64,000 nt of DNA from Lama guanicoe (taxonomy: Eukaryota): assembly GCA_013239625.1 (NCBI GenBank), contig MU054323.1:7181220-7245219 (forward strand). Reading direction: 5' to 3'. The notes under the pieces are model-generated. The model saw only the letters and a list, made by a program, of their open reading frames with translations. It ran no database searches and was not told the DNA's origin. A program made the position numbers and the translations under genes. The stretch's first letter is position 1, and each line of letters starts with the position of its first letter. Shown in pieces: positions 24,470 to 38,019 of the stretch.

Positions 24470-25390
24470 TCATTCATTGATTCAGTCAACACTTTTTTAC
24501 TGAGCTACTTTGGTGCCAGGCCTTTTCCAAGGCATTAGGGATACAGAAGTACACAAAACAACCGAAAAATGGAGTTTGTATTCTAGAAAGAGAGAAAAAA
24601 AAAGTAAAATAAGTAAGAAAAAATAAAATAAGTAAAATCCAAAGTAAGATACAGAGTGGTATGTGCTAGGAGAAAAAAAAAATAAGAAGAAGAGAAAGAT
24701 GGGATGGGGGTGGGAAGGTTACAGTTTTAGACAGATGAGCCAGAGATGACGTCACTTAGTGACACGACTAAAGTGGTGAAGGAGGCAAAGGAGAGAACTT
24801 ACCAAGCAGTGGGAACAGCAAGTGCAAAGGCCCTGTCGTAGGAGTGTTCCTGGTGGGTCTGAAGAACAGAAAGGAGACTTGTGAGGCTGGACTGGAGTGT
24901 GCCAGGGGAGAGAAGTGGGAGATGAGGCCAGGCAGATAATTGGCAGTCAGATCAGGGAGGGCCTTGTGGGCCATTGTATCTTCTGGTAATAGTTGATTCT
25001 TTTTACCATGTATGTGTATAACTTTTACTTCTATTTTTAAAATTTATTTTAAAGAAATAACTCTGCTAGAGAAAAGACTGGAGGTGGGGACCTCAACAGG
25101 AGACTATGTAGGCCATTCCAGTGAGTAATGTTGGTGGACAGGGTGTGGGCAGTTGAGAGACTGTCAGGCCTGAGATTTATTTAGGGGGTAGAACTGAGAG
25201 CACTTATTGGCTGAAGGGGTCAAGAACATAGACAGCTTGATGTATGGTCCCCGAGTGTCTGGCCTGCACAATGGTGTGCCATTTATCACAACAAAGGAGA
25301 GCGCGTGCTCAGATATTGACACATTGAGTGTGAGAGCCCTCTGAGCCCCTTGGGGGGAACCTCAAGAGACCATGGGTTGAAATCCTCATC
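24470..25390 (-). mobile_element. L2 remnants
   Basis: TCATTCA/ACTGAG..GTGCCAGG start, GGGAACAGCAAGTGCAAAGGCCCTG motif. Confidence 0.65.
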
Positions 25391-25391
25391 A

Positions 25392-26045
25392 CTGCTAGAA
25401 TGTAAAATGGTGCAGCTGCCTTGGAAAACAGTTTGGTAGTTGCTCAAAAAGCAAAACAGAGAGTTACCAAATGACCCAGTAATTCCAATCCTAAGTATAT
25501 ATCCAGGGGAAGTGAAAACACAGTCACACAAACACTTACACACGAATGTTCACAGCAACATTACTCATAATAGCCCCAAAATGAAAATAATCCAAATATC
25601 CGTCCATTGATGAAGTATCCATCCAGTGATAAACAAAATATGGTTCATATTTATGGTATACAATGAAATTTTATTTGGACACAAAAAGGAATGACATAAT
25701 GATACACACTATAACATGGATGGACCTGAAAAACATGATGCTATGTGAAAGAAATCAGACACAAAAGGCTATCTGCTATATGATTCCATTTACAGGAAAT
25801 GTACAGAATAGGCAAATCCAGAGAGACAGAAAATAGATTAGTGGCTGCCAAGGGCTGAGGGGAGAGGGTAACAGGGAGTGACTGCTCATGGGTACAGGGT
25901 GCCTTTTGGGGGTGATGAAAACATTCTAGAATTACACAGTGGTGATAGGTATGCAACCTTGTGAATATACTAAAAACCACTGACATACACACTTTAAAAT
26001 GGCAAATTTTATGGTACGTGAACTATATCTTACAAATAAAAAAAA
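25392..26045 (+). mobile_element. L1MB-type 3' end
   Basis: AATGTAAAATGGTGCAGCTGCCTTGGAAAACAGTTTGG...TATATGATTCCATTTA...AATAAAAAAA. Confidence 0.85.
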
Positions 26046-28379
26046 GAGTTGGCTGAATGAGACTGGAGCCATTGAGGGGTCAGAGCTGCAGGCTTAATGG
26101 AGGGAGAGTCAGCATAGAGATGACGTTTAAAACCAAGGAAACGAAGAGTCACACCCAGACAGCACACAGAGGGGAGAGGCAGTGGAGGCCTAGTGCCTGG
26201 AGAAAGAGCCACATTTAAAGCTTGGGTGGCAGAGGAGGGGCCAGAGAGGGAGGGAACCAGGATAGGGTAGAGCCCCAGGCTGCAGGGTCCCTTCATATCT
26301 GGCTATTTTACACCACAGTGCCCTCGGCAGTGATTCTGTGTGTCTCCACAAGAAAGATCCTAGAGGTGGAACTTCTAGGTCAAAGGGCATAGGCATTTAT
26401 AACTGTGATGGATACTTCAAATTCTCCCTCTCACCAACACTGCATGAAAGCATCAGTCACAGACCAAATCTCTTTCTGTCCTGAATCAGGAGTGAGAGAA
26501 CCAGGGAGCCTGCCAAATGGAAAGAGGACCGGAGCCGGCTCGGGGTCCCGGGAGGACACTGCAAGGTTGTGGTTGCTGGGCGTGACCTGACGGAGCTGGC
26601 AAGTAGCCAGAGTTACTCAAGGAGCTCGGCAGAACCCTAGGTAAGGGGTGATTCGTACTGTGGGGACAGAGACGGCCCAACTGAGATCCTGGGGAAAGGA
26701 ACAAAGCAGCAAGAGATACACAGTGCAGGGCAAGAGTCCTCACTCCGGAATCCCAGGTGGCCACTAAGCTGCTGTGTGACATTGGATGAGTCACTTTGCT
26801 ACCCTGGGCTTCAGACAGCTCTTCTGCCAAATTCAGTGTCTATCCAGGAGCCTTTCCCTCTTTAGAACTCTGGTTCCTGTTGAAGAATAAGAATAAATCT
26901 TCCTTTTTATCCCAACCACCAAAATGAGGGCAGTTTTTCCTTTGGAAGTTTTGTTCCTGTGGTGCTTTTGCCAATCTCTGTCATGGGTCAGGTGGTCATG
27001 ATTTCAAGCAGGTTCTGACCAGAATAGCTTAGATCAATTCAGCAAGCATTAACTGAGAGTCCCAGGTGTGAGACCACCATCAATTTACCTGGATGACCTG
27101 TCTCCCTGCAGCCACCTTGCGCCTCTACAGACTAGTCTCAATGCAGCAATTCAGAGCAAAAGGCAAAGCCTACAACTTCCCATAGGGTCTGTGGGATCTT
27201 GCATCCCTAAGGGACCCTCACCCCCAACTACACACATACATTCCCAACTGAGCACACTCCTGCCTCAGGTCCTTTGCACATCCTGTCCCCTCCGCTTTCT
27301 CCCAGATGACCACTAGTTCTGCTCCTTCACTTTACTAAGATCTCTGCTCAAAATTAACCTCATTGGAGATTTCCCTGACCTCTTTATACAACATAGCACC
27401 ACGGTCCATCACTCCTAATCCCCTTATCCTGCTTGTTTTTCTTCACAGAGCTCATCAACACCTTCATGCTGTACTTATTTGTCTCCTCTACCCTACCCAG
27501 TCATCACCACCACCAAACTGTGAACTTAACGAGGGTAGGGTCTGCTGCTTCCCCAGTGCCTGGAGCAATGCCTGTGCAGAAGAGGCCCTTGGTGCATATC
27601 TGGGGAGAATGGATGGGTCCTCCCATAAGCCCCAGCAACACAGACCAGGACCACTTGCTTTCTGAATGGACATACAAATAAATAAGACAGGTTCTGAAAT
27701 CAAGCTAAATTTAAATTTTGTTGTTGTTGTTGCTGCCAAGCTAGGCATCTTTCTAGGCCTGAGTTTGCCTGTGTGACTCTGAAGGTTAGCAGGTCTGGCA
27801 CAAACTCTGTGAGGATGGGGACCGAGTCCCATTCACTGAGAAGGGACTCAGTACTCAATAAATAAAAAGTTGGTTCAGAGAAGGTGCAGAGCCCAATGGG
27901 ACGGGTTGTGTTCTACACACAAAAGCTGCTGCCTTCAGTCTGGGGAGCTGAGATCTGGGTGAGGGAGAAATGGGATTGATTCCTGTCACCAGGAAGGTCC
28001 CCAAGCATGTAACTAAACCTCCACATGACAAAGTCTTCAGAAGAAAACTGGCTTGGTGGTTGCAATCCCCTACAGTAGGGCAGCCCTGCCCTCTGGTGGC
28101 CACTTAGTGCAGTGCCATCATGGAAAAACTGACCAAAAACTTAAGGAAAACATTTTTTTTTCATTCTACAAGTTGCCTGACTCCACAAGAGACAACAGGG
28201 AAGACAGAAAATAAGGGAATAAAAAGTAATACACTTGATGCTACTGGAACTTCCACTCTTATGCCAGTTTTATGCCTAGTTCTTTCATTCAATCAAGTTT
28301 TATCAGAGTGCCCACCTTGTCCCAGGCACTGTTCCAGGCAATGGCTGTGAACAAAACAAGTTAAAAAAAAAAAAACTGA

Positions 28380-29750
28380 TTAAATTATTTTTGTGATTAC
28401 ATATTTCAGGCTGCCTACCTATTACGCTGATGACACCAAAATTCATCTGGTAAAATATATAAGTGAAAATAGTAAGTTTCTGAAAATAATCTTAAAAGGT
28501 AACAATATATATATTATAAAGCTGGAGTAAATAAAGTGACTTGGCACACGTAGAAGAATAGGCAGAAAGATCAATAGAACACAATAGAGAATCCAGAAAT
28601 ACACCCAACCATATGTGGAAATGTAGACTGTGATGAAGGTGGCATTCCACGAGTCGGGGAAACGGATTACTTGGTAAACGGTACTAGGAAAGTGGCTAGC
28701 CACTTGGAAAACAAATGCGGATCCATACTTTTCTCCTTCACATCAAAATAAACTGCAGGTGATTCAAAGCTCTAAAGGCAAAAATCGAACCATGAAAGCA
28801 TGAGAAGAAAGCATGAACATATTTCTTTTGTAACTGTAGAGTAGAAAAGTATGATAATAATTCCATAAGCCAAGAAGGATAAGATTAATTAATTTGATTC
28901 TAAAAAGCATAAAACTATCTCATGGCAAAAATATAGAAAGTCTAAGGACAACTGGAAAATTGGGAGAAGTATTTGCAACAATATGAGAGACAATGTTCCA
29001 ATTTCCTTAAACACAAAGAATGCTCAGAATTCAAAAGCCAAAAATAAAGAATCCCGCAGAAAGAGAAGGCAGAGCAACTCAGAAGAAAAAGAGATGTGTG
29101 TGGATAACAGCTATATTCAAAACTCAGCCTAACGCGTAATTTAAAAGATACAAATCAAAATAAGTTGCCAGTTTTTACCTATCAGAGTGACAAAGAGACA
29201 GGACGTGTTGGTGAGGGCAAGGAGAACAAGCAGACTGTGGAAATGGAAATTGGAAGGCCTTTCTGAGAGGCACTGCCGGCAGTTATCAACATATTAATCG
29301 CCTGTCCCCATTAAGCCAGCAATTCCACGTCTAGGAATTGATTACACTGCAGCATTATCTACAAGAGCAAATCACCGGGAACACCAGGGCGCTGGTCGCT
29401 GGCTCTGGCAGTAGGGAAAGAGCTCCAGTGCACACTTGCAAGTGAAAAGTGCATGTGCTGAAGTCTGCGTTGTTTCTTGAGGTTGCACACATACACACGT
29501 ATATGTATATGCAACTATATACACACATACATACGTAAAAGTACTGATATGCTTTGAAAAAAAATGGAAGTAGGCAGAAGAAATTGGTTACCTCTGGGAA
29601 GTAGGCCTGGTGGTTGCCAATGAGGGAGAGAGGGTTCTGTCTTGGACTTTTCACCTTATGTCCGCCTTCACGATTTGAGGTTTTATAATAAGCGTGTATT
29701 AACTTTTGCAATAGTGCCAAATTGTGTCCTTGCTGTTGTTCTTGTTTTAA
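28380..29750 (+). mobile_element. Old L1 ORF2/3' remnant
   Basis: GATCAATAGAACACAATAGAGAATCCAGAAATACACCC; CCAGCAATTCCACGTCTAGGAAT. Confidence 0.72.
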
Positions 29751-30005
29751 GATCACTCGGGCTGCAGTGGAGTAAACAGACCATAGGGGCTGTCAGTGGC
29801 TTGTGGAGAGACATTTGGTTGTCCAGGTACAAGACACCTTCACAGGTACAAGCTGCAACATCTAGTAGGAGCCTGCTCAGTACCTGGGAGACTGGGTGAC
29901 ACACACTCCTGCCTACTCCCAGTTGACACGAACCACATTGCTTTGTCTGCTAGATACTGGGGTTCTCAGTCAGATTTCCTCCAAAGAAAGGCATTCAACC
30001 ACAAA

Positions 30006-30168
30006 TAGAGCTGCCAGATTTAAATTAAAATGCAAGACAATATTTGGGACATACATATACTAAACAGGACATACCAAACAGGGTATATACTTATGCTGAA
30101 AAATTACCTGTTGCTTATCTGAACCTCAAATTTAACTGGGCATCCTGTACATTATCTGGACATCTTAA
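30006..30168. mobile_element. MER53-like hAT MITE
   Basis: TAGAGCTGCCAGAT...AAATTTAACTGGGCATCCTGTA...ATCTGG terminal inverted motifs. Confidence 0.65.
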
Positions 30169-30190
30169 CTGCAAAAAAAAAAAAAAAAAA

Positions 30191-30216
30191 NNNNNNNNNN
30201 NNNNNNNNNNNNNNNN
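30191..30216. other. Assembly gap (26 N) flanked by poly(A)
   Basis: N run in sequence. Confidence 0.99.
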
Positions 30217-30399
30217 TAAAGGGAGACTGGAAATGAATGGGTCATTTTAACTGAAAAAAAAAAAAAAAAAAAGTCTTAATGAAATTAAATAAAAATTTTA
30301 GTTAAATTAAGAATAAAATTAAACAAAGATTAAAATATCAAAGTAAAATAAAATTATTTTTTAAATAATATAAAGTAAGATGTTAAAATTTAAAATACA

Positions 30400-30730
30400 G
30401 GGGGAGGGTATAGCTCAGTGGTAGAGTGCATGCTTAGCATGAACGAATGAGGTCCTGGGTTCAAGCTCCTGCACCTCCATTAAAAAATAATAATAATAAA
30501 AATAAATAAATAAACCTAATTACCTCCTCTCCAAAAAAGAGTTAGAAAAAAAAGATAAGCGTAAAAACTGAAAAAAAAACCACTTTAAAAAATGATAGAA
30601 TTTGGAATAAAAAATAAAATGCAAAATAAAAATTGATAAAAATATAAAACAAAATATAAAAATAAACGTTGTTTTTTTAATAATAAAATAAATTAATAAA
30701 ATAAGATACAAATAGAATAAAATAAAATAC
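30400..30730 (+). mobile_element. tRNA-derived SINE (Vic-1-like) with very long A-rich tail
   Basis: SINE head 30400-30480, A-rich tail to ~30730, TSD-like TAAAATACA on both sides. Confidence 0.85.
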
Positions 30731-30737
30731 AAAACGA

Positions 30738-31250
30738 AAGCGGCCCCTAGCGCCCGCAGGCCGTCCAGCCGGACGGCGGTGGCGTCTCCGGCCCTGGAAG
30801 CGCTCACCTGCGGCTCCGCGCGGCGGCCGCTCACTCCGGGACAGTGGCCGGGGGCCTGCAGAAAGCTCTGGAAGAGCCGCTGCCCCGGGCCCACCCTGCC
30901 GCGCCTCCCGGGCGGCGATCTCCCCGGAGAAGTGGGGGCCTATCACCCAGGGCCCTCCCCACCCGGCGCCAGAAGGACGCCGCACTTTGTCAGCCGCTTT
31001 TTAAACCGAATCCAGTGTGTTCTAGAAACGGCTTTGTGCCGCTCCGAAAGGAGCGCCGAAGAGTGAGCAAGTGCCGCTCTGTTTCCCGGAAAGTCGCAAG
31101 CCCCTCCTCGCCTCTGCCGCCTTGTGTCGCTGGGGAGAAGGTCGTGGGCGCCCCCCGGGGCGGCGAGGTCCCGGGACGCCCGCCAAGGCTCGGGGGAGGG
31201 TGACGCGGTTGACAGCGCCTCTCGCTGAACTTTGCTGCCCTTGCGTTCTG
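30738..31250. promoter_or_regulatory. Intergenic CpG island (orphan)
   Basis: ~500 bp with very high CpG and GC content; no coding exon recognisable. Confidence 0.85.
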
Positions 31251-32856
31251 CCACTCAAATCCCAGGTGACATTGTGTAGGTAGAAACAGGTGGGGGTGTC
31301 CTTGGTTTTTCCTACAGATCTGAATGCTGAAAGGCACAGCAGACAATTTTCGCTAGGTTCGGGAAAAGCCAGTCTACGCTGGAAAAGGCCGTAATAAAGG
31401 TATCATAGCATTAAATTAATAACACACAATATAGCTGCAGTGCTCCAACCTTACGCCCAGTACTCCCACTCGCTGGGAATTTATTCTAATGAAATAGTTC
31501 AAAAGAAAAAAGTGCTATATGCATAATAATGTTCATTTATGGCATTATTGACAATGGCTCAAAAGATCTAGTAAGGAGAATGGTTACGTAAACGAGTTCA
31601 CACCCCCAAGATGGAGCGCTGTGTAGCAGGTAAGTGACTATTGCCAGAGCTGCAGAAACACAGGGAATGTTTACAATATCATCTTAGTGTAAAATGGTTT
31701 AAAATGAAATGGTACATACTCATGGCTCACAGCTCCTTAGATTGCTTTTTTTTAATTGCTGTTTTATTTAGCTAATTGTGGCTTCACATGCAGTTGTAAG
31801 AAATAATACAGAGAGCTCCCACTTTTACTGTATCCCTGATGGTTAACATCTTGCAAAACAAGGATATTGACAGTGATAAAATCCACTGACCTCATTCAGA
31901 TTTCTCCCAGTTTTATTACACTCCTCTCTGTGTGTGTTTAGTTCTGTACAATTTTATCTCATTGGAATGGTTTTTTAAAGAACTCATGTGTGTGTGTAGA
32001 AATGTGTTGAGGTGGTAGGATTTGAGAGATTTTCTTTTAAATGTTTCTCTTTAATATTGCTGTGTTATCAATTAGAAGAGGAGGAAGGCATGGGCAACAG
32101 AGGCAGGTCAAGAGAGGAGAGGGGCCCAGACCAGGGCCACAGAAGGCCGAGGGGCCCGCCCAGCCAGGCCCGGCCTAGCTGAGTGATCTTAGCAAATCAA
32201 GGACAATCCCTTGAGGTGCAGTTTTCAACGGTCAGGTAGGGCTCATCGCCGGCCCTCTCTCTCTAATGGGGCTGCTTCAAGGTCGCTTTTGCTGAACTTG
32301 GGCAGTGTCATCCAGGCCCATAGCACAGTCAGTTCCCCAGCCTGGTGGGAAGATGAGCCCTGCGGTGGGGAGCCCTGCTGCTACCAAAAGGGGAGAACTC
32401 GCCGCCCTCCCTCTCTCCACCAGGCAAGAGACATGACGAAGGGCTTTCCAGATGTTTCCAGCTGAAGAGGCCTTGTCTCTAGAATAGGACTCTCCACCTG
32501 GAAGAAAACCCCAAGGTGTGCTTCTGAAGGTGTTTCAACACGAGATGCTCTGTGTTTTAAATCTAGCTCATGAAATGCCTTGTTTGAGAGAACCCCAGGG
32601 TCATAGTTGCTCAGATACATCCCGACCGTCACTGTGGTTAGCCTTGCTGTCCCCTCAACCCAGGATGCACCCCTCACCCCCACCCCCAGCCTTCTCCTCC
32701 TTTGAATTCTTATCCTATCCTTTAAGTCACGGGACAGAAAATATTTTCTGTAAAGGGCCAGATAGTAAGTATTTTACCCTTCACATATGGTCTCTGTCAC
32801 AGCTAGCCACAGAATGCATGCGGTGGTGAGCCCATTACATTTTTATTTACAGATGA

Positions 32857-33315
32857 TTGTTACGGGTTGAACTGTATCCCTCACAAGGTAGGTTGAAGTC
32901 CTAACCACCCACCCCCACTGCCCCAGTACCTGTGAATATGACCTTATTTAGAAATAGCATCTTTGCAGATACCATCAGGTTAAGTTGAGGTCGTTAAGGT
33001 GGGCCCTAATCCAATGACTAGTGTCCTTATAAGAAGAGGAATATTGGATACGGACACATACACAGAGAGTGCCATTTGAAGACAGAGAGAAGATGACCAT
33101 GTGAATAGGGAGGCAGAGATGGAGTGATGCTGTCACAAGTCAAGGAACTCCTAGGGCTACCAGAAGCTGGAAGACACAAGGATCCCCCCTAAAGGCTTCA
33201 GAGGGAATGTGGTGCTGCCAGCACCTAAGTCTCCGGGACATGAGACAATAAGTTTGGGTGGTTGTAAGCCACCCAGTTTGTGGCACTTTCTTATGGCAGC
33301 CCTAGGAAGCTAATA
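32857..33315 (+). mobile_element. MLT1-type MaLR LTR (next to a MER58-like fragment at ~32725-32850)
   Basis: TGTTACGGGTTGAACTGT...GTGGGCCCTAATCCAATGACT...TAAGCCACCCAGTTTGTGG...GCAGCCCTAGGAAGCTAATA. Confidence 0.85.
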
Positions 33316-33518
33316 TTGTGCTGACATTTGAATTTCATATGGTGTTCATGTGTCACCAAATACTTCTTCACGTGTCATTAGTGAAGCTAGAACACAAGGC
33401 AGGCTTGGGGTTTAGCACAGGCATGAGTAGGTGACTGAGTCGGGGCAAGGGCCGTCTGGACTTTTCCCCCAGGGACCAGACCTCCCTGCTGCCAGTGCCT
33501 CTGAGAGCTGGCCACACC

Positions 33519-33582
33519 AGAAAGAAAGGAAAGAAAGGAAAGAAAAGAAGAAAGGAAGAAAGAGAGAAAGAGAGAAAGAAAG
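33519..33582. repeat. (AAAG/AG)n purine microsatellite
   Basis: AGAAAGAAAGGAAAGAAAGG... Confidence 0.85.
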
Positions 33583-36500
33583 GCTTCAGCATCGCAAGAG
33601 CCATTCTCCATCCCAGCTCATTGGTGACCCCATCCACACTGGCCAGATTCTGTCTCAGAAACCTGGTGTGGCGTGAGAGGCTGGGTCAGCCGGGGCAGGT
33701 CCCTGGACAGGAGGTTAGGAAGGCTGGGACACAAGCCCTTTAGAGGGGCCATGGCAGAGGCAAGGGAAAGGGACAGATGATCAAGAAGGGCCACAGGCAG
33801 CATGCACATGGCCCCAGAGATGGCATGCTGGAGCGAGCAGCTGTCTGGGTGTCCCTCCTTACTGTGACCCCTGCTCTGCCTCCTCCAGCTGAGTGTCCTG
33901 AAGTGCGTGACTGCTGATGCCAAGCCCTCCTTGGTATAAGTAGCTTAGGGTTTCTGGGCCTTGCAGCCAGAGCAGCTGCCCAGGGGCAGACTCACCAGGA
34001 AGGCAGGACGGACCAACCCAAAGTAGGTCTTCAAAGTACCTTCTCCCATCCAAGGAGGTCCCACCTGCCATCTAGGGCTCAGAGGCCTTACTTCTGCCCA
34101 AGGAAGGCACCTGGGGTGACTTCTGGGAAGGAAGGATCCCCCAGATGAGAAGGAGGGAGCTGGGATTCCAGCAATTTCACTGTTGGCAGCATGGGCCAAA
34201 GACTAGTACCATAATGTGAGTGCTTGTTGACTGAGTACGTATGTGCGTGCTCTGTTGCACACCTGACCTACATGTCTTAATCCTCACAACAACCCTAGGA
34301 AGTTGGCTATTGGTTGTTCCCCTTTTACAGGTGTGAAAATGGAGCCTTTGAAGTTAAGTTGATCACGCAGCTAGTAGAGAGCCGGATTCAAACTCTGGTC
34401 TGCCTGCTGCTTCTGCTTTGCCACACTGCATGCTTACCATATTAGATCCATATTTCTAGAGTTGATTCCTCAAGCTGCTGTGGCCCTGGAAATGTGAGTC
34501 AGTCAGTTAGTTGCAGGACAGAGGTGTCAGCATTTCTATTCTAATTTTTCCAAAAGCTGAGCAGCCTCCCAGGGTCTGAGGATCGCCAGCCACGAGTATT
34601 TTTTATTGACTTCTGCTGTGTTCCAGTCTCCCTGAATAGACTGTGTGCTCTGTGATGCAGGCCCTCTGCTGTCTTCATCCTGGAAACCAAGTGTGATGGC
34701 ATCTGGTTGCTATTGTTTTGGGTTGACCAGCCCCTTTCAACTGCATTTCATTCTGGAAGCAGGGGCTGCCCCCACTCCATCACCACCCTTTAGCTATTCT
34801 CACTCTGGCCTGACCAATCAGGGTACCCAGTTTCTTTGGAGACAGCGACTGTACCCGGTAATGAGATGGTACCAGAGTAAGCAGGACCAATCAGAATTCT
34901 TCCCTGAGCTAGATATAAGGCTTTTGGGAGAATTCCACTGGGACTGTCAGCCAAAAGCATGTAAATTCAGGGCTGTCAGTGGCCATCTTTCCCCTCGTTG
35001 AAATCAGTCTGTTTACAGAAGGAAGCCAGACAGAGCCAGACGAAAAGAAAAGATAGAAGTGGAGAGAGCTCGAGAGAGCCAGAGTGACAAGGAGAGAGAA
35101 AGCAAAAGAGAGAGACCAGAAGAGGGGGAGAGAGCCGAGTCACCAAGGCCTGGGGCCGGGTCCTGAGGTCTGCTCAGTTCTGTGAATAATCAACCCCGCA
35201 TCCCTCCTCACTCTGAGAGGGCCTGTTTCCTTTTTGTTAAGCATGTGATTCTGTAATATGTCACCCTGACAGAGACAGTAAGATTTACCACATGGGGTTC
35301 AAGGGGGTGGAGGATGAGCTGATTAGAAAGCTTCTCTCGGGGTGACAGCTGGCCGCATCTCCTTGTTGGAATCAAGACAGCCCCTGTGGCACTGCCCTGT
35401 TGTTCAGTCTGCCCACTCTTTCTGCCCCTTGGGCTGGATGGTACGTCCTACACAGCCAGGCCTGGCGACCCTGCACACCTATCAGACCTTCCCAGTGTGG
35501 GCCCCAGCCATATAGAAATCTGGACTGCAGTTCTTGGGGCCCTGCCTCTCTCATAAACCCCACATCGATCCAGGCATTTCCCCTCCCGTCCCTCAACCCT
35601 CATACCTCCTCCAAGCTCTGCCAAGCCCCCTTCTGTCAGCCAGATAGGGCTCTGTGTTCCTTCTCACACCTCTTGTGACCTAGCTCACGCCATCACTACC
35701 CCTCCTCCCTCAAGTGGGCCTCCCTCCCTGCCCATGCCCTCCTCACGTTCCTGGACATTCTCACCTCAAAGTCCCTCCTTCCCTAGGCTGGTCCACAGGC
35801 CTAGTGCCTCCTCTGTGGGGGCTCACAGGGCCTGAGAGCCCCTTCCAGAGACATTGATGAGAGAGGTCTGGCTGAGCCCAGGGCATGCTGCTCTCAGCAA
35901 GCAGGCTCTCCCCACCTGGAGGGACTCTGGTTCCCAAAGCTCTGTGGCATGGCTGGGGCCCCAGTGTGCACAGCCTACCCAGTTCCATAGTGATGGTGGG
36001 TAAGACCTTCCGAAGGTGGAGAGCGCCTGCTGCTGGCCACGTCCACGAAAGCTGCTCTTCATGAAGGACACACACTTCATGGTCCATTTTTATTTAAAAA
36101 GCAAATATACACACATACATACACACATATACTTTGAGAGTTGTTTAGAGTTTGTATACATACATTTATACACACACGTTTACATATGTATATATAATAG
36201 AATATTTACTATATACAAATAAAAATCTAGAAGTAAATATACTAAAATGCCAATAATGGTGGGATTTTTAAAAATAAAAACTTTATTGAGATGTAGTTTA
36301 CATACAAGAAACTGCACTGTATTTAAGAGTACAGTTAAATGAGTTTTGACAAAAATATACATCCATGTAATTGCCAAGTGATATTTCAATTTTCTCCCTT
36401 GTGCCTTTAATTTCTAATGTTTTTAATTCAGTGGACAAGTATGACTTGAGTAATTGGATAAAAACATGTACTGTGAGAGAGAGGGAGGGAGAGAGAGAGG

Positions 36501-37429
36501 GAGGGAGAGAGAGAAAGAGAAAGGAGTCCTAGGTCTCTGGTCCTGCACGCTTGCTGAGGCCAGTCCTTAGGGCAAGTTGACCATGGGTTTCAATAACCAT
36601 CACCCCCGAGGGCTCCCCACAGCCACTCCCTGAGGATCTGGTTAAAGCAGAACATTAAGACAATTTTGGATGAACAAACTGAAGCTCAGAGAGGTCAAGT
36701 AACAGGTCCACTAAGTGAAGAGTCAGAACCAGTAAGGGATGGTCTCAGACCCGGAGTCCAGCCCTCTTTCCATGCGTCATACTCAGCTAGGTGTGGGGAG
36801 CCCAACTGAACCTCCTCCAGGTGTCCAGGGGTCCCTGGCTCCTCCGAGCTACAGGCAGTGCAGCGGCCTGGTTAGGCACAGCAGCCCGAAAGCCCAGCCC
36901 TCAAGGACAACAGCCCCTTCCCTCTAGCTACCAATTTGACTCAGGAGGGGGATGGTGAAAGCTGGCCCGTATCAGGAGGCCTACTCCTTCTGGGAACTAC
37001 CAGCGCCTCACCCACAATCAGAAAGGGTGAGCACCTGCCAGCAGGACCCACCTCCTGCCCTGGTCCCCAGCGCTGCCAGAACTCTGCTCCATGGCGAGCT
37101 AGGACAGGGAGAGCAGCACCCCTCAGCCCCCCACCCCACATGCCCTCTCCACTTCCAGGGAGAGATCCCACCACAGCTGAGTCCCGGGGGTGCTGCACTC
37201 CCAGGAGTCATCAAGGCCCCCTCCTCTGACTCAGTTAACCTGGAAACGCAGGTGTTGAGGACAAATGCAGAGGCAAATGCACCAAAAACGTGAGGCTGTT
37301 CACAGCCTCAGTCTACCCTGGGAGGAGGCTGTGGGCCAGGGCGACCTTGTGCATATCCCAAACCTGTGTCCATTCCTGGACCCTACCACACACACGCACA
37401 CACGCACACACACACACACCCCCACTGGT

Positions 37430-37625
37430 ATATACAGCATTTATTGTGCTCCAGTGTAGGCCAGCCCAGCCCTGTGCTGACCATTTACACAACAGTGTCA
37501 CCTGTAATTCTCACAATAACCTCATTATTGCCCCCATTTTCCTAAGAGAGGAAACTGAGGCTCAGAGTGTGAAATAACTTTCCTAGGACCAGGGTTGCAA
37601 CCCAGATCCTCCAGGGCCCCTACTC
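37430..37625 (+). mobile_element. MIR (others at ~205-325, 11260-11450, 34220-34430, 39070-39200)
   Basis: TAATTCTCACAATAACC...CCCCATTTT..AGAGGAAACTGAGGCTCAGAG core. Confidence 0.7.
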
Positions 37626-38019
37626 ACTACACTCCTGCCACTGACCACCACCCAACAGTCCCAATCCCCACCACCTCACGCTGCGTCATCCAAGAGCGCT
37701 TCCTCGGAGAACTGCGTAGAGACACCTCCAAGGTTCCCCAGGGAAAGGGGGCCCCTGACGCCTCTGCCCTTTCCCCAGCTGCTCTCAGACCGTCACACAA
37801 ATCCGGAGGCTGGCCCTCTCGCACCCCTACTCTCCTCAGGTGGGAGCCTACAATCTTTCTGGGGCCAGTTCGCTAATACAAGACCAGAGCCCTTTCACCT
37901 GAAATTACACTTCAGACGTTTCGCTGGAAAACGGCCAGGTATGGACACCAGGCTGAACACAATCCTACCAGACTGTTTGCCCCTTCCAGACTGTATGTCT
38001 CGGTCACAGGGGGACCCAG

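Noticed and set aside
30677..31346. Overlapping 95-124 aa ORFs in the CpG island
   Set aside because: Expected from stop-codon scarcity in very GC-rich DNA; non-ATG starts and no coding signature.
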